Source: Octopus sinensis (taxonomy: Eukaryota). From it: a stretch of 64,000 nucleotides of DNA. Shown here piece by piece: positions 14,520 to 28,463 of this stretch. Location of the stretch: positions 18,476,001 to 18,540,000 of the forward strand of contig NC_043012.1 in the NCBI RefSeq assembly GCF_006345805.1, written 5' to 3'. Position 1 is the first letter of the stretch. Each line of letters starts with the position of its first letter. The notes beneath the pieces are model-generated. The model did no database searches, had not been told where the DNA came from, and saw nothing but the letters and a program-made list of their open reading frames with translations. The position numbers and the translations under genes were made by a program.

Positions 14520-15330
14520 TTTGCCTTCTTCGTTCCTTACGGTAGAAAAGCGCACGCTCCAAAGGTCAAAGACATTTCCACTTTTCCTGCGCATCGAATT
14601 AATACACCTTGTTTGTTGTTCCCACACCTGCCTTTATCTTCTGCCTTCTGTCTGCTGTTTTGCAGATTTTGAATCACACACACACACACCTATATCTATA
14701 TATGTATGTAATTATGTATGTATCTATCTATATGCGAACATTAGTGAATATACATAATATATATACATGCAAGGTTCCCTTTCACACACTCCCTTCCATC
14801 GTCACCCTACCCCTCGTAACCCCACCCCATCACTTAGACCCCCTGCTTCCACTACTCTCGCCTCCTTACACCCTAAAACTATCACACCACACAACACACC
14901 ACACATTACAATACCCCACCACATCACACCACCCCGCACACACTAGCACTGACCACTTCCCAGCACCTACACCATCGTCCACATACCTACATATGCACAC
15001 ATTCACACGTCAAGGTCACCAACCCCGTTCCACACGCACATATACACAATCACAAACACAAGCACGTTGATGTATTTTCCTTTTGTGATCATCACTAGTT
15101 TATTATCTCCCCTTCTCTCTAGCTCTCTTGTGTGACCCCTTTTTCTGGCATGATAGATCGCTAGCCAATAAACGTTTTTTCTATTTTCTCTCCCTGTTTA
15201 TTTCTGTGTTCCTTTCTGTTGAAGAGCGTAGGCTCGAAACATAAAAGTCTTTCTCATTTCCAGAGCATTAAACTAATACATCTGCTTGCTGCATAGACAC
15301 CAATCTTTTTTGTTTCTCACTGTCTATACT
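14520..15330 (+). mobile_element. Penelope-like derived repeat with a C/A-rich body and two related terminal modules
   Basis: Module ctgttgaagagcgtaggctcgaaac...aaactaatacatctg at ~15215-15300, and a more decayed version at ~14540-14620. Confidence 0.5.
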
Positions 15331-15747
15331 TATCTCTCTATCTATGCATATCTATTTATGTGTTTGATATACTAGAATAATATATACGTACATACGCGTG
15401 CACATAATCTCTCACACACAAACACACACAAGCACTCACACACATATGCATACTCATATATATGTATATATATATGTGTGTGTTTGAGTGTGTGTGTATG
15501 TATATAGTTACAGAAAGGAAACATAATCAGGAGATAAACGCATATCGACAAGTATATAAATATATGTATATATACATCTCCACAAATAAACAATTTTTAA
15601 CTCTGCAGTGTTCGTTCATAATTGGCAGGTGAAACGCATTAAAAACAATCGATATGCAACTGATAGATGATCGCATGTAGATATTACTCTAACGCCGTAT
15701 TCCTTTGTCACGCCCGAAAATTGTCAATGACAATTGAGATAAACTCT

Positions 15748-15930
15748 AAGGCGGCAAGCTGGCAGAAACCGTAGCCTCCGAGTGAAATGCTTAGCGGCAT
15801 TTTGTTTGTATTTACGTTCTGAGTTCAAACTCCTTTCAAACTCCTAACTTAAGTACCAGTTGCGTACTGGTGTCGATCTAATCGACTGACCCCACGCCAC
15901 CCAATCTTTCGGGAGTTGTGCGTAGAGTAG
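15748..15930 (+). mobile_element. Family A SINE
   Basis: aaggcggcaagctggcagaaac head and gagttcaaactcc box B. Confidence 0.75.
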
Positions 15931-16803
15931 ACAAGAATATGAGTTAAACTGTGACAGATAGTGTGATAAGGCGCGTTGCAATTGAGACGCTGATGTAGGT
16001 TGCGCTTCGAATCTATTTATTTGTATTGTGCATTCATTTTATTTAAGGCAAGAAGAAATTCTGAAGTACACAATATATAAACAATGATTCTCTATGGTTT
16101 ATCCATGACGACATCAGGTTTCGACTGCTTCGACCACTTCTTTCTAACTACTATTCCTTCTCCATTACGATTCAACTCGACCATTTTGGATATTTTAAAC
16201 TTTTATGCTTTGAGTTATCTTGTAAGAAATTTAGGTGAGTTTATTCGTGTGCACGCGTCGCCTATTACCATCCGAAGCAGACTCAAGCTGGTTTAGCTAT
16301 GTCATTAAGATATTTATAGTTGATTTCTTTCTCAGTATACAATATGTTGTGAATAAATTCACCAATAAATACAAGCAAAGTTTCTTGTGCTAATTTCCAA
16401 TATATTGCTGCGACAACTTCGTTCGCTATCCTACTTGTCTTAACAACTTTTGGTAATATTTGATTCTAAAACTCCATTTATATATGAATGTCTAACACTT
16501 ATCCAGATATGTTTCATAATATTTATTGTTTGCATAATGTAATTTTCCCGGAATTCATTTACGGACTGATAAAACGCTTTAATCATCAGAATGGGTCTTC
16601 TAAGATAGCAGATATTGGAAATTGAAATAACCTACTGACCTATTTAGATTAGGTTTTGGTGAAATGAAGATTACTTCAAGCATATTGCATTTGAAGTAAA
16701 TTGTGATTTCACGAATAAAACTAAGATTCTTGGGAAAGTAAATACTCTACTTAAGATAACGCTTCATAGCAGAGCAGAAATCCCGAACGAACATTTCACA
16801 AGA

Positions 16804-16933
16804 CAAATTCTATGTAACCGAAGGGTTTCTGTGATATTTCTCTATAATAAATTGCTTAAATCCACTTACACTTTGACATTTAGTTGTATCTACTGGGTGA
16901 TACTATTATCAGTATCTTTGTTATATGGCACCT
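16804..16933. repeat. Diverged direct repeat, copy 1 (partner at 18613-18742)
   Basis: caaattctatgtaaccgaagggtttctgt...cacttacactttgacattt...actgggtgatactattat shared at offset 1809. Confidence 0.9.
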
Positions 16934-17884
16934 GTGTGACATCGGTTTTACATGATATATATTTCTAAACTATTCCACATCGCATCCAGAAGAAGATTAT
17001 GTAGAAATGTACATCTTCATCTAATTCAATTCAAATGTTCTGTAGATTCTGATAGAGACGTTGATGTATTTTGCACACATGCTACTAAGATTAAACATTA
17101 AAAGCAAACAAAAAAAATTATTGTATGTTTCAGAATAAATGACAAGTGGCTAAGAAATTTCTGATACTTTCTTTTACCCGTTAATGAATTGGGATGTACA
17201 GTTTCTATAGACAGTAGCGAAACGAGTCATGACATGCTGACGTATCAACCACACAAGCGTACAGCATTTCCTTCAGATTTTCAAACGCTCATTGCACGTG
17301 GAGTTCAATTTCCAGTCGTTTATGCTCAAAAAATGACGATATTTATTACCATCGGTTTGTTTCTTTATGTAATTTCTAAATTGTGAAAGTAAGTAATAAT
17401 CCTATCTTCTCATCTCCTACTAATCTAATGTGCTTTATTTTGGTTTCTGCTGATATAATGGAAAGCTTAGGTGACGTTAGAGGATAAGAACAGTGCAGAA
17501 TTCATTTACGAAGCCATGATTAGTGCTTAAAACTTTATAAAACATCCACACTTCATGAGAGACGAGGCAAAATTCCAGAAGGAAATGAGAATAGAACCGT
17601 GACAGTGGGATTCACTTATTTTGGGTGAACTGAAAATAAATAATTTTTTTATAAACAGGTTAAAACAACGCGAAAATATATAAAGCAGAGAAGCAACAGG
17701 ACAAGCTCATTTCCTTTCTGTGGCTCCACATTTTTTGCAATCTGCTTTGTAGCTCTTCTGAGTTCTCGAAACAGAGAAGGAACGTAACACAAGTCTTTGG
17801 TATACGTCTGTATACGCATCTCTATTCAAATAAATGCATAAATATTTGTATCTGGACGTTTCTCTATGTAAGTATATACTCTTT

Positions 17885-18287
17885 ACCCTCTCTCTTTTAC
17901 TTATTTTAGCCATTTGACTGCGGCCATGCTGGAGCACCGCCTTTAGTCGGGCAATTCGGCCCCGGGACTTATTCTTTGTAAGCCCAGTACTTATTCTATC
18001 GGTCCCTTTTGCCGAACCGCTAAGTGACGGGGACGTAAACACACCAGCATCGGTTGTCAAGCGATGTTGGTGGGACAAACACAAACACACACACATACAC
18101 ACACACACACACATATATGTATATATACATATATACGACAGGCTTCTTTCAGTTTCCGTCTACCAAATCCACTCACAAGGCATTGGTCGGCCCGGGGTTA
18201 TAGCAGAAGATGCCATGCAGTGGGACTGAACCCGGAACAATGTGGTTGGTTAGCAAGCTACTTACCACGCAACCACTCCTTCGCCTG
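17885..18287 (-). mobile_element. tRNA-derived SINE, family B, near full length
   Basis: Reverse complement of the 42093-42510 copy, including the internal microsatellite. Confidence 0.9.
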
Positions 18288-18319
18288 TAGGTATGTATAT
18301 ATAATTCTTATCTTCTATG

Positions 18320-18520
18320 TCTTACTTCTTTCAGTCATTATCCTGCGGCCATGCTGGGGCATTGCCTTAAAAGAATTTTCAGAAGACCGATACTTATTTA
18401 TAAAGGTCTATTTTGCCGAACAGCTAAGTTGCGAGATCGTAAACACACCAGCAACGGTTGTAAAGTGGTAGTAGGGGACAAAGGAAGACACAATATTTTA
18501 CATACTTACACATACACACA
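18320..18520 (-). mobile_element. Family B SINE 3' fragment
   Basis: tttcagtcatt..gcggccatgctggggcattgcc tail motifs. Confidence 0.65.
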
Positions 18521-18612
18521 CACACATGTATATAAGTCTGTATGTATTTGTGCCTCAGTTTGTCCCCTTGGGAAAGACAATATACTACTTAAGATCAATA
18601 TTCATAGGAGAG

Positions 18613-18742
18613 CAAATTCTATGTAACCGAAGGGTTTCTGTTAAGTTTCTCTGTAATAAATTGCTTGAATCCACTTACACTTTGACATTTACACGTATCG
18701 ACTGGGTGATACTATTATGTACTTCTTTAGTTTATGGCGCCT
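18613..18742. repeat. Diverged direct repeat, copy 2 (partner at 16804-16933)
   Basis: See copy 1. Confidence 0.9.
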
Positions 18743-19099
18743 CTCTATACCTTCTAACTATTATGCAAAGTCTATTGTTATATATTTGCTTCCTCTCTAA
18801 ATTTACACACAATAACCCACCTAAATGTTTTATACCAAATTTATCCGTATAACAATACACAGTTTTCTGTAAAGTTCTGTAGGCGTAATACCTAATCGGA
18901 TAACAATATATCCTTTTTCTGCCTCTGACGAGATTCTGCTTCATAAAATGCTTGAATTATCCTGATTATAATCTTTAAAGTACGAATCGAAACAGCTGAT
19001 AGAGATTACGTGTATTTTTGCAGTTAATAACTATTCTTATTAATTGATTTATCTCTAGTTTCTTATTTTCTTGACCATATATATATATATACATATGTA

Positions 19100-19265
19100 T
19101 TTACACGGTGGGATTCTTTCAGTTTCGATCTACCAAATCGACACACTGGGCTTTCGTCGACACGAGGTTATAATAGAAGTTGCTTGCCGAAGTTGCGGCA
19201 CACTGAGTTTGGACCTCGAAACTGGTTGGGAAACAGATTTTTTCACCACACAGACATGTCTGCGC
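19100..19265 (-). mobile_element. Decayed family B SINE head
   Basis: ctttcagtttcgatctaccaaatc motif. Confidence 0.55.
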
Positions 19266-19325
19266 ATATTAATATATGTATATTTATATGAATATATGTA
19301 TGAATATGTGTATGTATGCATATAT

Positions 19326-19402
<77 letters not shown>

Positions 19403-19692
19403 TTATCAAATATGTGCAAATTTCCTAGTAATACAATTTCAAGATTAATAGAAATATTTCTCCATTTCTCTAATCTGTAATGGAAATCGCAATTATCACC
19501 TATTAAATTTGTGTCATTATTTTGAAGTTCGATTAAAATCGTAGAAGTCTATTTACTTGGTTTCACTGAAAGCAAGCATTGTTTAACTATTTTAACTTAT
19601 TAATTAACCATTTAGTCACTTTATGGTTGTTTCACTTTCCATAATTTTTGAAAAAAAACATTATGTTTGTATCTCTTCACAATGATATATGC

Positions 19693-19733
<41 letters not shown>

Positions 19734-19734
19734 T

Positions 19735-19784
<50 letters not shown>

Positions 19785-19785
19785 A

Positions 19786-19825
<40 letters not shown>

Positions 19826-21034
19826 AGATACAGAGGAATCATACTCATCAAAACAACCCAGTGAAGATACATGCGTATTCATACACACACAAACACGCGT
19901 ATACATATACATGCTTTTATGCTTAATGCGGATACATTGATGCAGTGTTCAACCATTATTTACAAATGTAAATATAATTCTACGCAATGCGTACATAAAG
20001 ATGGAAGAGCAGAGTATCAGGGTAGATTGCTTGACTTGTTTCTTTTATATCATGTTGTAGAAAAGAAAACAATCGCACGTTAAACGGAAGGGTTGCTCTA
20101 TAATTTTAAAGTTTAATTATATTAATCTTTTACAAGAAAATGTTGAGTAGACTTCCAGGATATAACTCTGTGGTTTTCGCTAAATTTTGGTGTTTCTTTC
20201 GTTTCAACAAGTGTTTTAATTTCGTGTTTGTGTGTGCGGTAGGGTAGTCGAAGCAATGTAAAATGATTTTTATTATAATTTGGTTAAAGATGAAAATGGG
20301 TTGGAAGCGCGTAAAGTAGTATGGTTGGAAGTATGTATTTGTAAGGCGTAGGGAAATTAAAATTTTTGTGAGGAGATTTTGTTTGTTTTGGTGTGTAACT
20401 AGTAGTGTATCATTGAATTGGTGTAAACTCAGGTCAGGACTACGTCATTCTTTGTAAAAAGACGTTCTTTTTGTCCTGAATTTGGAAACAAAGAAATGTT
20501 TGCAGTTAAGCAATTTGGAATGATAGAGTTGATTGCTTCTATAAGGATTATTAGTATCAGCATTGTTTCCTTAATTTGGGGATATGTGTGTGAGATATTG
20601 TCACATGTAGCTGTAGGGAAGATATATAGGTTTGGAACGCCATAGAGATTTGAAGATTTTGTATGTGTAAAAAAAACCTAATTCTGAACTATAGTTCAGT
20701 AATTGGGTTTTAATGAAAAGGATCTTGTAATCTCCATCGGTACCGATTTGTCGGGTTTTTATATTTTATTGTACGGATGACAATACTTTCAATCAGAAGA
20801 CACATAAGCCATATATACATGCGTATGTGTATGTGTGCTTACATGCAAGTGTTTTTTGTGTGTTGTATCACACAAAAGTCCATGTCGATTAGCCATACAT
20901 ATACAAATAATCACCCAGATACTTATCTAGGTTTATCATTAGATTTATCATTAGATAGTCAAGGAAAATATCTCTAAATATACTGAGCTATTTTTCGGAA
21001 AAAATAATTTTATTAGGATTAATGTAAAACTCAC

Positions 21035-21214
21035 CACACAGCGAAAACGAAATCCCAGTACATCATTGATTGGGTATACAGCTACAGTCTCACTTGTGTT
21101 ACAACACCGCATATCAGAACATGTCACGTGCGGGTCACTTCGCGCGTATCCCAGCGTACCATTGCAACAAGTATCTTGGTGATGTACAAGTCGACTGTGA
21201 CGGCTAGATGTCCA
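21035..21214 (-). CDS. Candidate Cys-rich internal exon WTSSRHSRLVHHQDTCCNGTLGYARSDPHVTCSDMRCCNTSETVAVYPINDVLGFRFRCV (phase 0 to 0)
   Basis: Strong acceptor tttattttgccttctttacAG, donor GTG|GTGAGT, 180 nt with only one open frame, GC clearly above the flanks. Confidence 0.6.
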
Positions 21215-21772
21215 CTGTAAAGAAGGCAAAATAAAGAATATCGTTAGCTTCAAAGATGTTCGCACTGAGATTAAAATCAAATCTCACACACACACACATA
21301 CACTCATATACACACAAACAAACACATACACAAACACATGCACACATAAATACATACAAGTATACGTGTATATGTATACATATATATTAGCATTTGTATA
21401 TCCTAGTGTGTTTATTCATTAATAACCCAAAATATATTGTTATGGCGTGAAAGCGTGTAGGTATTAATGTTTGCGAAAATATATAAAACTTGACGGTTTA
21501 TTAAACAAGTATGATCAAACGGTCTTTTAGAAGTAGTATTCTCTGAAGACACGAAGCAATTAAGTGAAAAGCAATATGTACGTTTAATGTTCTCCCACAA
21601 TATCTTACAACTTATTTTACATCGAGGTAGACAGCAACACAGAGTTAAACATGCATAATGGACCCACACCCCATCACAGAGAGCCAGACAGGCATATTCC
21701 ATCGCAGAATTTTATGCGTAAATATAAAAATGAAACAAGAATACAAGTAGACATATATGTGAATATGCATAA

Positions 21773-21830
<58 letters not shown>

Positions 21831-21854
21831 CACACATACACACGCATATATATA

Positions 21855-21891
<37 letters not shown>

Positions 21892-21971
21892 CTATATATA
21901 TATTATATATATATGTATGTAATATATATATGTATATATATATATATTATATAATATATATATATTTATGG

Positions 21972-22246
21972 AATATTAAAACTTATCGTCAAACTAACAT
22001 GGCAGACCAGAAAAATATGATGAATTCTGCCGTTGATTTGCCCCAAGAAGTCATCGCCTGTAACTAGGTATGTAATACACGAACGCGCTACCATTATAAC
22101 CTTCCTACAGGGGGAGGTCAGCCGTTTCTCCGTGCTGGTCTGGCATCTACAGATTAGTTTCAGGGTATTTGCCCCTTACCAATGTAGAGCAGCCGAAACT
22201 AGCAAGCGTCGCTACAGACCGTCTGTTCCAATGATTATTTACCTAA
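21972..22246 (+). mobile_element. Truncated copy of the adjacent MITE
   Basis: Colinear with ~22335-22603 (cacgaacgcgctaccattataac...ggaggtcagccgtttctcc...ctggtctggcatctacaga); lacks the right TIR. Confidence 0.8.
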
Positions 22247-22296
22247 ATTCAGTGGAAAAAATCCACTGGTTTTAAAAAATAGAAATATTAATACAC

Positions 22297-22733
22297 CTAA
22301 GTCTCGCTAAAGGAGACTACATCAGCGGTACTGGATATTAATAGTTATCACCAAACATGGGAGTCCAGAAAAATAGGACGAATGCTGCCGTTGATTTACT
22401 CCAAGAGGTTATCGCCTCTAGCTAGCTATGTAACACACGAACGCGCTACCATTATAACATTCCTACAGGCGGAGGTCAGCCGTTTCTCCTTGCTGGTCTG
22501 GCATCTACAGACTAGTTTCAGGTTATTTGCCCCTGATCAATGTAAATCAGCCGAACCAGGCAGCGATCACCACTTACCGTGTATTTGAAGGATTATTTAC
22601 CTAGGTAGAGGCGATGGCCTCTTGCAGCTAATCAACGGCAGCATTCGTCCTAATTTTCTGGACTGCCATGTTAGCTTGGCGATAACTATTAATATCCAGT
22701 ACCGCTGCCGCAGTCTCTTTTAGAGAGACTTGG
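22297..22733. mobile_element. MITE-like element with ~125-bp terminal inverted repeats
   Basis: 22299-22424 is the reverse complement of 22601-22731; no coding capacity. Confidence 0.85.
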
Positions 22734-22758
22734 AAATATATTTCTATTATATATACAA

Positions 22759-22795
<37 letters not shown>

Positions 22796-22861
22796 TAATT
22801 GTATATATGCATATATATATATATATGTATATATATTTGCATATTATATATACATGTGTGC

Positions 22862-22896
<35 letters not shown>

Positions 22897-22926
22897 ATAT
22901 ATATTATATATATATATATATATATA

Positions 22927-23135
22927 GTTAAAGTTAATCCAAACAGAAAACACAGAAAAAAACAGCAACGCGAGGACGTGGAACAATTAAAGTATTATTT
23001 GACGCTCAAGAAAGAAGGGAAGGAGGATTTAACGTTTCGAGCGGAGCTCTTCGTCGGAAACAAAGGAGAAGGACAGATCCCGAGAAGGGAAGACAGAGGA
23101 AAAAAATTGTTGGGTGGTGGTGCTCAAGAGATCAC
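22927..23135 (-). mobile_element. Penelope-like terminal repeat with a minimal hammerhead-like motif
   Basis: Minus strand tttCCGACGA-AGAGC-tcc-GCTC-GAAACGTT-aaa at ~23030-23062; same family as 27065-27265. Confidence 0.6.
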
Positions 23136-23240
23136 ATGTTGAATATTGTATAATACTCATTAAAACATATCATATATATATATATATATATATACATATA
23201 TACATACATATACATACATACAATACATACATATATATAT

Positions 23241-23290
<50 letters not shown>

Positions 23291-24081
23291 GCACATATAA
23301 ATATATATATTATATATATATACATATATGTATATACATATATACATTGCCATGTTTGTATACACACATACACTCACATGCATGCACATACACATACTCA
23401 TAAACATGCGTCCGTTTCACGTTGAGTATCGGAAGAATCTGTACTTGATACCTTAGAAGCCACTTATAACATGTTTCATTTTCGTCGAGTTGCAAGTTGT
23501 TTGCAAAATCTGAACACTCAGTCAAATCAGGGGTTGCCAAAAGGAATACACTACACACACATGCCCGTATATGTGTGCGTCGATCTGTTCTTGTGTGTGC
23601 ATGTGTATGTATGTGTATCTGTGTGTGTGTGTTTGTGTTCATTATGATTGTTGGGGTGTATCTGAAAGTAAAGGTCAATGTAAGGATATACTTGAATCAT
23701 TGTATTACAAGACTTCGCCTTTCACGACAACGCTTAAGAATTTCAAAAATATTGTATAATACTCATTAGAACATATCATTATATTATATACGTCACAATA
23801 TGTTTCACTTGTTTCATTTGTCTCTACTAGCCTTATTAAAACATTACTGGTCAATTTTTCATAATGAATATGATTTTCAGTACGTTGTCCTAATGAGCAA
23901 AATATCGAACTAGCAACTGGTGGCGTATCAGTTCATACATATACAAATACATATGCATACACACACACACGCACTTAATGCACATGTATTGTACACATAT
24001 TTATATCAGACACATGCACACATAAGTGGTAATATATATGTGTGTGTGTGTGCGTGAGTGAGTGTGTGATGTACATAGATA

Positions 24082-24125
<44 letters not shown>

Positions 24126-24174
24126 TATTATATATGTATGTGTGTGTGTGTGTGTGTGTGTGGTTTCTTTATTA

Positions 24175-24340
24175 CATAGAGGGGACAAACAAGGACAGAC
24201 AAACGGATTAAGCCGATTACATCGACTCCAGTGCGTAACTAGTACTTAATTATATCGACCCCTAAAGTATAAAAGGCAAAGTCGACATCGGCTGAATTTG
24301 AACTCAGAACTTAACGGCAGACGAAATACGGCTATCGAAT
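24175..24340 (-). mobile_element. Family A SINE with tail
   Basis: Reverse complement of the family A body and the ttaatccgtttgtctgtccttgtttgtcccct tail. Confidence 0.75.
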
Positions 24341-25359
24341 TCAGAGTTGACAGGAATAAGTGTAATTGATAATGTTTCCGAAAACGTCCTTCATCAAACA
24401 TTACGAAGACAATGCAGATAATGAAGGGGATAAAATTGAAACAGAAGAAATGGATGGAGGTGCTCTTGTATTTGAGTATGTGCATGCGTATCCGTTTGTG
24501 TCTGTACGTGTGCGGGTGTCTATATATTATAGATTTGCTTCCTTTCCCTGCATACACGTGCTCACACAGTTGTGTACTCCTGTACGAGTTAAATAAAGTA
24601 CTCATATGTCATTTGCTGAATTAGTTCCTGTTAATTATAGATATGAATGTGATATACGCAAATGGGTTAACGGTAACGTTGAAAATTAAGACTGCATCGT
24701 TTTCAATATGATATATATTAGACTAACCCTAATTATCAGCGGTTGACGTCAAGTAGTTATCACTAATGTAATGTAATTCAGAAAGAGGGGACATATATCT
24801 GCAAAGCTTCGGGTGTAGGTGGACACATCCGTGATATATGGTATCCTTGCTTCATTTAACATCAGCGTGTTGTCGTTGTTTACACATTGAAAACATTTAA
24901 TTCTCAACGTCGTTATCTGTATTTCAGTACGTACCATAATGATAATTCATTTAGCTCTCAGCAGGAGAGAAACAAACACGGTGTATGATTCGATTTATCG
25001 GTAGTGAGAACGTAGTGGCTAGAAGATAATCTGAATGACTTCATATCTCGTTTCAGTGAATGCATGTCCACTTCCTTTACACTGTCTCAAAATTATAATC
25101 AACTATTTACACTATTTATTGTTTTTGTGTGCGTTAATAGTGCAGCACATATTCAAATGTAATCCAGTCATTAAAATCATTTACTTGTTTTTGAATCCGA
25201 TTGGTTTGAATAATACAATAGTTTCACCAAGAACCGCTTGCTTTTCAGGGAATGTTTTTATATGAAAATTTTCCAATGCAGCGATTTTATAAATACTGTC
25301 CAAAGTAGGCACGTACGTTAGGAGCAAATAGTATTCAAGACGGACCATTGTTCCCAACA

Positions 25360-25410
<51 letters not shown>

Positions 25411-25709
25411 CAAGATGTGTGTGTGTGTGTGTACGTGAAAGTAGCTTATGAACATTCACAAATTAGCACGCATGTCGCTCAAATTTTAGGAGGATATTCG
25501 TCTCGACCCTAGCTGTATTTTCGTCAAATTATTTCACCCCGAGGCATCCGCGAATAGCGGTAAATAATTTTGAGCCATAACTTCAATTTTCACGGCGGAG
25601 AAATCCACTGTAGTGACACCATTATTGTTTACAAAACATGAGTTAAGTCCCCTTCCAGCGACCGTGTAAAGAGAGGGAGTGAGAGGGAGAGAGATATATA
25701 CACAATATA

Positions 25710-25960
25710 AAAGACCTAAGCCTTGTGAGTAGATTTGGTAGACGGAAACTGAAAGACGCTCGTCATATATATATATTGCTTGACAATCAATTCTGGTGTG
25801 TTTAAGTCCCCGTAACTTAGCGGTTCGGCAAAAGACTAGGTAGAATAAGTACCAGACTTACTGAGAATAAGTCCTAGGGTCGATTTGCTCGAATAAAAAC
25901 GGTGCTCCAGCATGACCACACTGAAATGACTGAGAAAAGTAAAAGAATAAAAGAATTAAA
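25710..25960 (+). mobile_element. Family B SINE, 5'-truncated
   Basis: gccttgtgagtagatttggtagacggaaactgaaag and cggtgctccagcatgacc. Confidence 0.8.
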
Positions 25961-27064
25961 AAATTGCTAAAATTCATAGCTAAGTTGATTATAAATGCCT
26001 GTGAGTGTAAGTGCTTTTCTAATATAAACTAAGATATTATTTATTCCTGCACTTGAACGTGAGCAACACTGTCAGAATGTTTACAAACAATTATGATAAA
26101 AAACATGGGAATATTTCCCTTATATCATCAGCGAAAAAAACCCAAATAATTTAAATTTAAAATACAAAATAAATGAAATCTAAAAAAATAGACACTTGGC
26201 AGAGTCAAGAAATTCCATAATGTAGTACTAGTAGGCGCTAAACTTAGAATTGAACGAGCTTACTTATTTGTATAATATTTAACGAAAAGGAAATTACAAA
26301 GAAACGATTCGAGAAAAACGTGACAGATCCATTAAATCATGTTTTCGCCGATCCTTACGATGACACAAATTACTTTGTGTGAAGTGTAGCTGAATAAGTT
26401 GGAAAAAGCCCAAACAAACGTATGTTGTTAAATTACTATTTTTTATAGATAGAAGGTTACAGGCAAGTCTATAGAGAAACAACCTATAGTTGAGCTGAAG
26501 TAGTTTAGAAACATATTTTTTCTATTTTCTAAAGTAAACAAAAAAGTTTGCCCTGTTTATATCCACCTCAAAATAATGTACTTAGAGAAAGAAAGAAACT
26601 GAAGATTCATAATCACGACGAAACTTCATATATATATGCTAGCAAAAAGGTGTATTCCCCTAGAAGCAAACTGCTATTAGGGGTTGCTGTTCCGTCGCTA
26701 ATTCATAGGTCTGGAAGAGATAATAGGATCGATTTGCTAAAATGTTTATAAATGAAACACAACAGAGACTAACAAACAATGAAGCAGGTATGATTCAATC
26801 TATAGTAGAATCATCCTGTGGTTCGAAGGAACAACGAGGACATCTTCAACAGGTGGATCCCAGACAAGTAACTTATGAAAACGCAGAGCCCCAACAATAA
26901 ACACAGTAATAAATGAAAAATAGTAATAATCATTTATAATCTAGGCACAAGGCTGGTAATTTTAGGGGAGAGGGTCTGCATGATTTTATCAACCAGTATC
27001 CCACTGGTGCTTTTGTCTTCACTCTATCGACCCCAATATATATATATATTATATATATATATAT

Positions 27065-27265
27065 AAAGTTAATCCAAACAAGAAAGCACAAAAAAACACA
27101 ACAACGCGAGGACGTGGGACAAATATAGTATTATTGGACGCTCAGGAAAGAAGGAAAGAAGGAGGGTTTACCGTTTCGAGCGGAGCTCTTCGTCGGAAAC
27201 ATAGCAGAATGAAAGATCCAGAGAAGGGAAGACGGACGAAAAAAATCGCCAACGGTACACATATC
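27065..27265 (-). mobile_element. Penelope-like terminal repeat with a minimal hammerhead-like motif
   Basis: Same family as 22927-23135; minus strand CCGACGAagagctccgctCGAAAC at ~27172-27197. Confidence 0.6.
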
Positions 27266-27342
27266 ATAAACGTTCAATGTGTGCAGCTAAGTTAAACAGA
27301 ACCATATTACTCTTCACTTATTCACTCAGTCACAACCGCTGA

Positions 27343-27379
<37 letters not shown>

Positions 27380-27381
<2 letters not shown>

Positions 27382-27830
27382 CAAACATGAACAAAGAGAA
27401 AACACAAAATCGCAAGGACATGGAACAAGTATAGTGTTATTGGATGCTCAGGAAAGGAAAGAAGGATTTAACGTTTCGACCAGAGCCCTTCGTCAGAAAA
27501 ATGAAAAAAAGGAAAAGTCCAAGAAAGGGAAGACATAGAAAAATATCGCCAACGATACACACGCGGTAACTTATTGAAATGACCGGAAAGGAATGGCTGA
27601 AGAAAAAGTTCTTTCAAAGACAGGAGAGTGTGTGTATGTGTGGGTATGTGCGAGTGGGCAGGTCTCTGTGTGTGTGTGTATAATGATAGCACGTGTGTGT
27701 ACCTGTCTGTGGTTGTGACTGGCTTAGTATCGTTTAAGGTCATAGGAAGAATTTATAGTAAGAATTTTGGTAGGAGTGGCTGCGTCTTGCATGTCTACCT
27801 ACACATGTGCGTAGAAGAATGGTCAGTGGA
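27380..27830 (-). mobile_element. Penelope-like repeat with a minimal hammerhead-like motif
   Basis: Minus strand tttttCTGACGAagggctctggtCGAAACGTTaaat at ~27466-27500. Confidence 0.6.
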
Positions 27831-27907
27831 GGGTACCGGTATTTTCAAGTATGTGTATGTGCGCATGTGTGTATATGTGTCTGTATATATATATGTATAA
27901 ATATATT

Positions 27908-27967
<60 letters not shown>

Positions 27968-28149
27968 TCTGTGTGAATATGGGTTTGTGTGTATGTGCGT
28001 CAGCGGTTGTGACTGTGAGTGAATACGTGAAGAGTCATATGGTTCTGTTTAACTTAGCTGCACACAGAGAACGTTGATGATATCGAATATACGAACGCAG
28101 CCAGGAACATTTCTCTCTCTCTTTCTCTTTGTATATATATAAATGTATG

Positions 28150-28266
<117 letters not shown>

Positions 28267-28407
28267 TAAAGTCAAAGACATAACGCCGCGATTCTTCGAA
28301 TAAAAACAGATACATTGCAATAAAATTGTATCAAAAGTTGCGATCTATTTCGTTAACAAACAACAAAATATGGAAAAGCACCATTTATATAAAACATACG
28401 TAACGAT

Positions 28408-28463
<56 letters not shown>

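Noticed and set aside
17216-17250. cgaaacgagtc...ctgacg resembling a permuted hammerhead
   Set aside because: The core reads CUGACGU, and stems I and II cannot form
20100-20760. Strand-biased G/T-rich stretch that may be an old Penelope-like body
   Set aside because: No diagnostic RT or GIY-YIG motif could be read
24749-25350. Ig-like or Ly6-like words (IKCFQC, TFPEKQAVLGETIVL, and EGTYICKAS on the opposite strand)
   Set aside because: The motifs fall on different strands and frames, key Cys/Trp residues are missing, and stops intervene
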